From an uncultured Alphaproteobacteria bacterium (GTDB lineage: Bacteria; Pseudomonadota; Alphaproteobacteria; Acetobacterales; Acetobacteraceae), in the NCBI GenBank assembly GCA_963848595.1, contig CAWKEH010000007.1, positions 53,231 through 117,230 of the forward strand: a stretch of 64,000 bases of DNA, given 5' to 3'. Position numbers and translations under genes: made by a program. Shown here one piece after another: positions 20,641 to 30,453 of this stretch (positions within the stretch are counted from its first letter, which is position 1; every line of letters begins with the position of its first letter). The notes under the pieces were generated by a model. That model saw only the letters and a program-made list of their open reading frames with translations. It had not been told where the DNA came from and did no database searches.

Positions 20641-20869
20641 TCTCAACCTTCCGGAACCAACCTAGGCTGTCACAGTCGCTGTGCTCAGAACTGATTTGGG
20701 CATAACCGAGAAAGAGGGTCGAGGACGGCCGAGCCTTCGCCATCACGTGTTCTGATCAAGCTGGTTGCAGATTGCTGTACAAGCCTTTCAGCCGCTTTCC
20801 CCGCAGAATTTCCAATGGGGAGACGTGAATTCTCGTTGACAAGACCGGCATCCCAAGGCAAATTGTAGA

Positions 20870-20897
20870 CCGCCCCGCCAAAGATATGGCGGGGCGG
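20870..20897. repeat. GC-rich hairpin left of the DndB-like cassette
   Basis: ccgccccgcc-aaagatat-ggcggggcgg is a perfect 10-bp stem. It shares the GGCGGGGC/GCCCCGCC core with the hairpin at 22654..22691. Confidence 0.7.
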
Positions 20898-20964
20898 CCC
20901 TGAAACCACGGACGGGTATGTCCTGGAAAGCCTTCCTGTCCGCAGCCATTGAGGGATATGATGA

Positions 20965-22269
20965 GTGCTTCCAGCTCGATCAAGCTGCCTATCACCTGCA
21001 TCCGCGGGCATTCGGGCCCGCATATGCAATCGTTCCAGACAGTTTGCCTTCCAAGCCAGCTTCTCTCGGTACCTTGGCCACGACCCGCGGCCGAGCAACT
21101 GGCGCAACCTGCCATCGACCCTTCGCCAGGCGTACGAGGAATATCAGCGCAAGACGAAACTTGCTCGTGCCGAGAGTATCAGCAAGTATATTCGCGAGCG
21201 GCTCTCGCCCAATGCAGTCCCTGAACATGTCGGCGGCTTTCCAAGCCTGAGCATCGGTGTTACCGACGTACCCGTCTTCGAACCGCTCCGCCAGCGTGCG
21301 GGCGTGACAATTGCGGATGGTGTTCCTTTGGACGATTCCGTTGGAACACTTTACCTCGACGTTGGCGCGAAGCACGTCCGCATGTTGCTCGACGGTCTGG
21401 CTCGGTACACAGGCGCCATGGAGTTGGTCGATGCGGGCGAGGATGTTGATGACTGGTTCTCGTTCGCGCTGACGATTTACGCCCCGACGGCCTCCCGAGG
21501 CTCTCTCAACCTGCGGACGTTGTCCCAACTCTTCTTCGACTTCAACTATCGCGTGACGCGCGTGCCGCCATCCCTAGCGCTCGCACTGGATCAAGCTGGG
21601 GTATACTCGCAGATTGTAGAGTGGCTGAAGGATCAGCCCGTCATCACAGACAATGGGGGTATGCAGCAATCAGGCGCTAGCCTCGGGACGAAGTCCACCG
21701 CCTTCGTCGTGCGCCGCGTCCTACATGGGTTCGTCACGATCGCTGCCGAAGGCGAGAAGGCGCTCAACAAGGGTTCGAAGAACCAGGACATCCGCAACCC
21801 GCGAACCACGCAAGAGAACATGTGGAACACTGCGGAGAAGATCCGCGACTTCCTCTCCCGCTTCGCGACCGCTATGGGAAATCGTTTCGTGGAGACCGAC
21901 AGCATTCACCTGACCCGGCTCGGATGGGAAGCAATCGGCATGATCGTGCACGATGCCGTCATCCGTGCCGATATGTCGGAGGCCGACCTCGACCGCTGCG
22001 TCGCTGCGCTGGCAGCAATCGATTGGTCGCGGACCAACCGCGACTGGTTCGGAATGATTGGCATCGCGGAGCAGGATGAGCAGGGTAATCCGATCCTCGA
22101 CGCGAACGGTCGCGAGCGTGTCGTCATTACTGGTGGCAAGGGTGACCAGGGCTTGCGGCGTGCGATCAGTTACTTGCGCCGGAAGACAGGCGTGCGCCGG
22201 GCGTCGAAGAGCGAAATCGCCGCATTCGGCGATGAGGAGCAGCAGGACTTGCTTGAGGAGGTTGCGTAA
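20965..22269 (+). CDS. DndB / DGQHR-domain-like (ParB/Srx fold) protein with degenerate DGLAR motif
   Basis: 434-aa ORF in a visibly less GC-rich segment. The order of motifs mirrors the DndB/DGQHR family: QRKTKLARAESISKYI, FPSLSIGV, MLLDGLARY where DGQHR normally sits, then SQLFFDFNYRVTRVPPSLALALD where the Q-F-D-N / S-L-D block sits. Confidence 0.6.
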   Translation: MLPARSSCLSPASAGIRARICNRSRQFAFQASFSRYLGHDPRPSNWRNLPSTLRQAYEEYQRKTKLARAESISKYIRERLSPNAVPEHVGGFPSLSIGVTDVPVFEPLRQRAGVTIADGVPLDDSVGTLYLDVGAKHVRMLLDGLARYTGAMELVDAGEDVDDWFSFALTIYAPTASRGSLNLRTLSQLFFDFNYRVTRVPPSLALALDQAGVYSQIVEWLKDQPVITDNGGMQQSGASLGTKSTAFVVRRVLHGFVTIAAEGEKALNKGSKNQDIRNPRTTQENMWNTAEKIRDFLSRFATAMGNRFVETDSIHLTRLGWEAIGMIVHDAVIRADMSEADLDRCVAALAAIDWSRTNRDWFGMIGIAEQDEQGNPILDANGRERVVITGGKGDQGLRRAISYLRRKTGVRRASKSEIAAFGDEEQQDLLEEVA

Positions 22270-22649
22270 TGACGTTCACCGGAGGAACGCTCCCTGGACC
22301 TCACGCGGGAGATATGTCGCCGCTCACCGCAGCCCTGAGACCGAAAATCCGTTTGGAACCCGCACAACGGGCGCAAGCGCGGCGGTTGCGTAAGAAGGGT
22401 TGGGAGATTGTACGGATAGCTGCACGGCTGGGTGCCCCAGTCGAGGAGGTCGAGCTTGCGCTCACCACGATCCGCACCCTTAACCCGTCGCCCACGCGAA
22501 AGTCCTTAAACGGCACCGTGGAGGCTCACGCGTTCGTCTTGGGCGAAGCCGAGCACGGCGAGGCGATATGGCAGACGATAGATCGCCTCTTTGCTGAACT
22601 CGCCTTCCGCCGCGCTGCTGCGGGCGCGCCTATAAGCCGGCCGAGGTGA
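22269..22649 (+). CDS. small helix-turn-helix protein coupled to the DndB-like gene
   Basis: 126-aa ORF whose start overlaps the upstream stop (TAATG). It has an HTH-like segment, AQARRLRKKGWEIVRIAARLGAPVEEVELAL. Confidence 0.55.
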   Translation: MTFTGGTLPGPHAGDMSPLTAALRPKIRLEPAQRAQARRLRKKGWEIVRIAARLGAPVEEVELALTTIRTLNPSPTRKSLNGTVEAHAFVLGEAEHGEAIWQTIDRLFAELAFRRAAAGAPISRPR

Positions 22650-22653
22650 AGTC

Positions 22654-22691
22654 GGTTTGGCGGGGCTCGCACGATGCAGCCCCGCCAACCG
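22654..22691. terminator. hairpin right of the cassette (terminator-like, no T tract)
   Basis: ttggcggggc-tcgcacgatgca-gccccgccaa is a perfect 10-bp stem lying 5 nt after the HTH gene stop. Confidence 0.55.
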
Positions 22692-22786
22692 AAACCGGCC
22701 AGGGTTCCTTTCGCAGACCGTTGCCTTTTACAGAAGTTCGTACTTCACGTCAGTTGCCATGCGAGCGCAACCATCTCGTTTCGACT

Positions 22787-22870
22787 TAAAACGGTATCTC
22801 GTCGTCCAGGTCGCTGCCGCCGCTCGGCGCCTCCCACGACGGGCCGCCACGATCGCCGCCATCGCCCGCG
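22787..22870 (-). pseudogene. 3'-terminal fragment of an ssb gene
   Basis: The minus strand reads ...[20 protein letters not shown]-stop. 58 of 66 nt are identical to the 3' end of the intact ssb at 25337..25402. Confidence 0.75.
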
Positions 22871-22918
22871 GCGCCCGATGCACGCACGACCCCCCGACGC
22901 ACGCGGGGACGGACGCGC

Positions 22919-23302
22919 CTACGCCACCTCCCGAAGCTTGGCCCGCGCCGCCTCGGTCAGGAAGCGCGAGCAATTCGTGGTCGCCCGGTCTATGGCGTCG
23001 AGCACATCCTGGGGAAGCATCACGTTGACCCGCACGGCGGGAGCCGGCTTAGCGGGCACATCCACCAGGAAGGCCACGGCCTCGCGGTTCTCGGGCGTGG
23101 CCATCACCGCGTCCAGGCCGGACGGCTCCGGGACCGCCTCGCCGTCCTCCATGCCCTCGACGTGCAGCGCCAGCGGCTCAGCCGCCATGCGGCGCGCCTC
23201 GTCCAGCGTCCGGCCCGCGGTCACGCAACCAGGGAAATCGGGGAAGTCCACCCCGTAGTCGCTCGCCCCGTCCTTGCGCAGCAGCGCGATGTAAGCGGTC
23301 AT
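22919..23302 (-). CDS. hicB: HicB-family antitoxin (no adjacent hicA)
   Basis: 127 aa. The N-terminus is YIALLRKDGASDYGVDFPDFPGCVTAGRTLDEA (HicB fold) and the C-terminus is RHH-like, VNVMLPQDVLDAIDRA. Confidence 0.8.
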   Translation of the reverse strand: MTAYIALLRKDGASDYGVDFPDFPGCVTAGRTLDEARRMAAEPLALHVEGMEDGEAVPEPSGLDAVMATPENREAVAFLVDVPAKPAPAVRVNVMLPQDVLDAIDRATTNCSRFLTEAARAKLREVA

Positions 23303-23457
23303 AGTCTCGGCCCTCTCAACTCAACCGTCTAGTATGCCGGATCAGAAGTTCGTCGGCCCTTGCCGGCGTGCCTCTGATCGGTCGGCATGCTGAAAACAAA
23401 GAGTCTAGTGGCTCGAAATCGGAGTTCGCCAGCATGGCGAACTTCGAATTCGGGACA

Positions 23458-23775
23458 CTAGGCCGCTGCCTGCGCCGCCGCGACCGCCTCCGCGACCGCC
23501 TCCGGGCTGCGCGCGATTACCAGCAGCAGCGTGCGCGCGGCTGGATCGGGGCGGCGCAGCCCCTGCTCCCAGTCGCGCACCGCCGCGACCGCGAGGCCGA
23601 ACCGCTCTGCGAACGCCGGGCGGCTCAAGCCCATCCGCTCCCGTGTGGCGCGCACGTCCACCGCGCCGGGCGGCAGGTGCACGCGCGCCGGCTCCATCTC
23701 GCCGCGCAGGATGGCGGCGGCTTCCTGCATGGAGGCGATCAGCTCGCTGGTGATGTCGGTCGGCTCGGTTGCCAT
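23458..23775 (-). CDS. XRE-family HTH antitoxin (HigA-like)
   Basis: 105 aa with an HTH (GLSRPAFAERFGLAVAAVRDWEQGLRRPDPAARTLL). It lies immediately downstream of the RelE/HigB-like toxin. Confidence 0.8.
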   Translation of the reverse strand: MATEPTDITSELIASMQEAAAILRGEMEPARVHLPPGAVDVRATRERMGLSRPAFAERFGLAVAAVRDWEQGLRRPDPAARTLLLVIARSPEAVAEAVAAAQAAA

Positions 23776-23779
23776 CGCT

Positions 23780-24118
23780 TTATCTCCTTTGCTGCGCGGC
23801 CGCCTTGAACTCGGCCACGACCGCCGCCATCGCCCGCGTCTGCTCCGGCGTCGGATTCACCAGTTCATTCTTGCCGTAGATCAATAAGGCGAGGATCGGC
23901 ATCGCTTCGTCGAACACGTAGTAGATCACGCGGAATGCACCGCGCTTGCCGCGCCCCTCCGGGGCGAAGCGCAGCTTCCGCACGCCGCCGGTGCCGGGGA
24001 TCACGTCGCCCGCGAGGGGATCGCTCGCCAGCACTGTGACCAAGTCCGCCCGGTCCTCGCGAGAGAGCAGAGCGTCCGCTCGCCGGGAGAAGATCGGCGT
24101 CTCGAGGACCGCGTGCAT
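23780..24118 (-). CDS. RelE/HigB-like type II toxin
   Basis: The GDVIPGTGGVRKLRFAPEGRGKRGAFRVIYYV...YGKNE signature, with the toxin gene upstream of the antitoxin (hig-type order). The start is taken at MHAVLETPIF. Confidence 0.8.
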   Translation of the reverse strand: MHAVLETPIFSRRADALLSREDRADLVTVLASDPLAGDVIPGTGGVRKLRFAPEGRGKRGAFRVIYYVFDEAMPILALLIYGKNELVNPTPEQTRAMAAVVAEFKAAAQQRR

Positions 24119-24175
24119 CTCCGCTCCTATACAGCACTGCTGTATTTCCTTCAATTACGAAATACCGCGCGAGCA

Positions 24176-24470
24176 TCAGGGGAGCATCCCCTCCAACTCC
24201 CTCATACTCTCCCTGATCTCGTCCTCCAGCCTCACCAACTCCGCCAAGATCTTCCGCGGCGCGCGGTGCACGACCTCCTCCCGCGCCGCTTCCTTGTAGC
24301 GGTTCAGCGACAAATCCCACCCGGCCGCCGCGATCTCCGCCTTCGGCACGACGAAGCTCCGCGCCGTGCGCGGCCTCTCCCGCTCCGCCTCGTCGCGCTG
24401 CGCTTAGCGCGCCAGCACGTCCGGTAGCTTGTTCTTGGCGTGCTCGGCCTCGTCTAGCGCCTCGCTCGAA
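24176..24470 (-). pseudogene. C-terminal remnant of a type I restriction-modification methyltransferase (HsdM)
   Basis: The minus-strand frame reads ...SFVVPKAEIAAAGWDLSLNRYKEAAREEVVHRAPRKILAELVRLEDEIRESMRELEGMLP-stop, a typical HsdM tail. There is an in-frame TAA at 24404..24406 and no methylase core upstream. Confidence 0.6.
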
Positions 24471-24594
24471 CCCCCCATCGCGCTCGCACGAGCAGAAACC
24501 CAACCGTGGCAATCGCGTCACAGCGCGCGCTCACGGCCCGACGCGATCACGCAGCACTTGACGCCCCTGGGCCACAAACCCCCAATTCGCCCCC

Positions 24595-25302
24595 ATGTCC
24601 TCCACCCCCGCCCTCCTCGACCCAGCCGACCGCGCCCGCCAGCGCGACGAGGACGCGCAATACTACCGCCAGGTCCTGCACAAGTTCATCGCCATGGGCA
24701 CCGACCTCGCCGAGGCCGTCCACCGCCAAGCCCTGGCAGAACCCGCCGCCGCCGCCCAAAGCGCTCCCCAGACCCAGCCCGAGGACGAGCCCGCAGCACC
24801 CAGCCCCAGCCCGAGCCAAGCGATCACCTTCGACTGCCTCGCCCGCACCGTCCGCCGCACCATCGCGCTTGCCCGCAAGCTCTCCGAGCCCGCCCGCGAG
24901 GCGCCCAGCCCGAAGCTCCACCTGAAGGAGTGCCCAAATGAGCGCCGCACGGACCGCGCCGAGACAGCCGCCCTCCATGCCGAGCCGTGGGCCGAGCCGT
25001 GCGAGCGCCCCGAGGGAGCCGATTGCGACGCCGACGAGGACCTTGACGACGACCTCGACGAGCAGTCACTCGCCGACCTCATCGCGAGCCTGCGCCACGA
25101 CACCGGTCTCGCCACCCTGACCGACGCCGAGCTCCGGCAGCATCCCACGCCCCCAAAGGCGCAAGGAAGCGCATACGAGGGCGTCCCAAGCGAGAGGTGC
25201 GACCGCTGCGCCCGGACCTCCAGAGCAAGCACACGAGCAGGGAGCACTGACCACCCCGACTCGGCACCGTCACGCCCCGGCACCGGCCCGCCGGACCCCT
25301 GA
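24595..25302 (+). CDS. hypothetical acidic protein
   Basis: 235-aa ORF with plausible coding character (helical N-terminus, a low-complexity linker, and a DADEDLDDDLDEQSLADL acidic patch). The antisense ORF is Ser/Arg-rich junk. Confidence 0.45.
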   Translation: MSSTPALLDPADRARQRDEDAQYYRQVLHKFIAMGTDLAEAVHRQALAEPAAAAQSAPQTQPEDEPAAPSPSPSQAITFDCLARTVRRTIALARKLSEPAREAPSPKLHLKECPNERRTDRAETAALHAEPWAEPCERPEGADCDADEDLDDDLDEQSLADLIASLRHDTGLATLTDAELRQHPTPPKAQGSAYEGVPSERCDRCARTSRASTRAGSTDHPDSAPSRPGTGPPDP

Positions 25303-25336
25303 TCCGGGTCCCCGGCCGCGAAAAATCTCCCGAACC

Positions 25337-25852
25337 TTAGAACGGTATCTCGTCGTCCAGATCGCTGCCGCCGCCCGGCGCATCCCAGGACGGAGCGCCA
25401 CCGCGCCCGGCGCCGGCCGGCGCCCGCTCGCGCGGGGCGGAGGGGCGCGACTGGAAGCCGCCGCCCTCGCCACCGAAGCTGCCCGCGCCCTCGCTGTCGC
25501 GGTTGCTGTCGAGCAAGGTCAGCTCGCCGCGGAAGCGGTCAATCACCACCTCCGTCGTGTATTTCTCCTGGCCCTGCTGGTCGGTCCACTTCCGGGTCTG
25601 CAAGCTGCCCTCGACATAGACCTTGCGGCCCTTGCGCAGGAACCGCTCCGCCACGTCCGCCAGCCGCTCGTTGAAGATGACGACCTTGTGCCACTCCGTG
25701 CGCTCCTTGCGCTCGCCGGAGGCCTTGTCGTTCCACGTGTCGCTCGTGGCGAGCGTCAGGTTCACCACCTTGCCGCCGTTCTGCATAGTGCGGCTCTCCG
25801 GGTCCTTGCCCAGATTGCCCACCAGGATCACCTTGTTCACCGAACCAGCCAT
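25337..25852 (-). CDS. ssb: single-stranded DNA-binding protein
   Basis: The N-terminus is [19 protein letters not shown], followed by an OB fold, a Gly-rich linker and the acidic tip DLDDEIPF. It is divergent from uvrA. Confidence 0.95.
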   Translation of the reverse strand: MAGSVNKVILVGNLGKDPESRTMQNGGKVVNLTLATSDTWNDKASGERKERTEWHKVVIFNERLADVAERFLRKGRKVYVEGSLQTRKWTDQQGQEKYTTEVVIDRFRGELTLLDSNRDSEGAGSFGGEGGGFQSRPSAPRERAPAGAGRGGAPSWDAPGGGSDLDDEIPF

Positions 25853-25966
25853 TGCGCTCCACCCTCCAAGACTCGCGCGAGCATACCGGCCCGGCCCCAT
25901 TACAGCCAGACCATCACAGCCAGATACGGGGTTCCATCCTTCCGCGCGAGATGCCACATATGGGGT

Positions 25967-25981
25967 GAACAACCCCAGAAC
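25967..25981. promoter_or_regulatory. alphaproteobacterial-type SOS (LexA) box
   Basis: GAAC-aacccca-GAAC (GAAC-N7-GAAC) lies 20 nt upstream of the uvrA ATG, in the ssb/uvrA divergent region. Confidence 0.65.
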
Positions 25982-26000
25982 ACCAGGGCTTCCCCCCGAC

Positions 26001-28847
<2,847 letters not shown>

Positions 28848-28852
28848 GAGAA

Positions 28853-28876
28853 GGGCGGCACCCGCAGGTGCCGCCC
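28853..28876. terminator. bidirectional stem-loop terminator
   Basis: gggcggcacc-cgca-ggtgccgccc is a perfect 10-bp stem between the convergent uvrA and PEP-CTERM genes. Confidence 0.7.
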
Positions 28877-28901
28877 CTCCTTCAGCGTGCGTCAGGTGGG
28901 A

Positions 28902-29528
28902 CTAGTGCGCCTTGCGGCGGCGTGCGAGGCCGAGGCCGAGGAGCCCGGCGCCGAGGACGGCCATGCTGGCCGGCTCGGGCACCGGCGAGGGACTATCCGG
29001 CGGCACCGCGAGCGTGCCGGCCAGCGACACCGAGTAGCCGCCCGAGCCGTTGCCGCTGCGCGTCAGGTCGAGGCGCAGGCTCGCCGCCTCGTTCGGGTCA
29101 TAGGACCCGAACTCCGGCGTGTAGGTGCCGAGGAAGTAGAGGTCCAGGAACCCGGTCGTGCGCGTGATCACCTGCACCGTGCTCGCCGTGAACGTGCCGA
29201 ACGCGGACGCTGCCCCCGAGCCGGTCACGGTCAGGCTCGACGCCCCGCTGCCCATGCCCGAGGGAATGCTGATCGGGCTGGGGCTGAAGGTGAGCAGCTG
29301 GGTCAGGCCGGAATTGCCGCCCGTCAGGCCGAGGAAGCTGCCCGAGCCGACCGAGTAGAAGCCGTTGCCCGGCGCGGTGAAGCTGGTCACCGCGCTCAGC
29401 GAACCGGGGTCGGGCGAGACACCTCCCGAGCCCAGGGTCAGCGACCCGTTGAGCGGCACCGCGCCAGCCGCCCCAGCCCACACCAGAGCCGCCGCCGCAA
29501 CGCCCCATTTCGTAACAGAACTCAGCAT
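28902..29528 (-). CDS. PEP-CTERM sorting-domain protein
   Basis: Signal peptide, a Gly/Ser/Thr-rich body, and the C-terminal VPEPASMAVLGAGLLGLGLARRRKAH (PEP motif, TM segment, basic tail). Confidence 0.8.
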   Translation of the reverse strand: MLSSVTKWGVAAAALVWAGAAGAVPLNGSLTLGSGGVSPDPGSLSAVTSFTAPGNGFYSVGSGSFLGLTGGNSGLTQLLTFSPSPISIPSGMGSGASSLTVTGSGAASAFGTFTASTVQVITRTTGFLDLYFLGTYTPEFGSYDPNEAASLRLDLTRSGNGSGGYSVSLAGTLAVPPDSPSPVPEPASMAVLGAGLLGLGLARRRKAH

Positions 29529-29715
29529 GTCCCACTCCGCTTCACCACCGGGAGGCAATCCGTGCCGCCCACGCCACCACAGAAGCAATCGCCGTGCCAG
29601 GTTAGGGTTCTACAATGTCGTCAATGCGTTAGGCAAATGCCGCCCGTCGAGCATCACGGCGAGTGTAAAATCCACCGACTCTTTGCTGAACCTGTTCGAC
29701 GACGGGCCGCGCCGC

Positions 29716-30453
29716 TCACGGCCTGCCACGCGCAGCGGCGGCGGTGACGGCGAGCCGGTCGGCGACGCCGCGAGGCCGCCCATCCTTGCCGCCACGGCGC
29801 AGGTCTCGCCGGGCGAGCGTGGCGACGAGCACGGCGCTCAGCGCCCGGCGTGGCACTTGCTCGTGGCCGCGCGCCGCATCTCCCTCGGCGAGCCAGCGCC
29901 GCCCCTCGGCCTCCAGCACGACACGGGGGTCGCCGGCGCCGGGCGGCGGCAGAACGGCGCGGCCGCTTGCGGCGAGGGCGGCACCGTGGCGCAGGATCCC
30001 TGCCGCACCGTAGGCGGCGCCGTAAGCGCGCGCGGTCGCCAACGCATCCCCCTCCGCTCCGAGCGCGCGCGCGGCAGCCACGGCAATGCCGCCGGCCGTC
30101 ACGAGGACGTAGTCCCGCCACTCCTGCAAGGTCGTGCTCTCGCCGGCCTCCGCCTCGCGCCCGTCCACCATCGCGAGCAGGTCGGGGCGCGCGAGGCGCC
30201 CGTCGTCCAGCGCCGAGCTGAGCGGCGAGGCGATCTCGTGCGCCCGGCGCGCGCCTTCGATCACCTCGCGCCACCATTGCAACCGCATCAAGGCAACAAG
30301 CGGCTCGCGCGCCGCCTCCCTAGAGCGCGCGATCTCGTGATTGAAGGCGTAGAGGAGGAACAAAGTCTCCCGTGCGTCCGCAGGCGCGAACAGAGCGGTC
30401 AGAAAACGGTCCGGATCATGCCTGCGGGTGATCTCACCAGGGCGTGACAGCAT
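29716..30453 (-). CDS. squalene/phytoene synthase family protein
   Basis: 245 aa with FLLYAFNHEIARSRE and LMRLQWWRE helices, typical of the small alphaproteobacterial members of this family. Confidence 0.65.
   Translation of the reverse strand: MLSRPGEITRRHDPDRFLTALFAPADARETLFLLYAFNHEIARSREAAREPLVALMRLQWWREVIEGARRAHEIASPLSSALDDGRLARPDLLAMVDGREAEAGESTTLQEWRDYVLVTAGGIAVAAARALGAEGDALATARAYGAAYGAAGILRHGAALAASGRAVLPPPGAGDPRVVLEAEGRRWLAEGDAARGHEQVPRRALSAVLVATLARRDLRRGGKDGRPRGVADRLAVTAAAARGRP

Noticed and set aside
23865-24521. 218-aa minus-strand ORF
   Set aside because: It runs out of frame through the higB-like toxin and the hsdM remnant. The real signals are in other frames.
25623-26000. Upstream extension of the uvrA ORF
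   Set aside because: It overlaps ssb on the opposite strand and the intergenic region containing the SOS box. The canonical UvrA N-terminus begins at the ATG at 26001.
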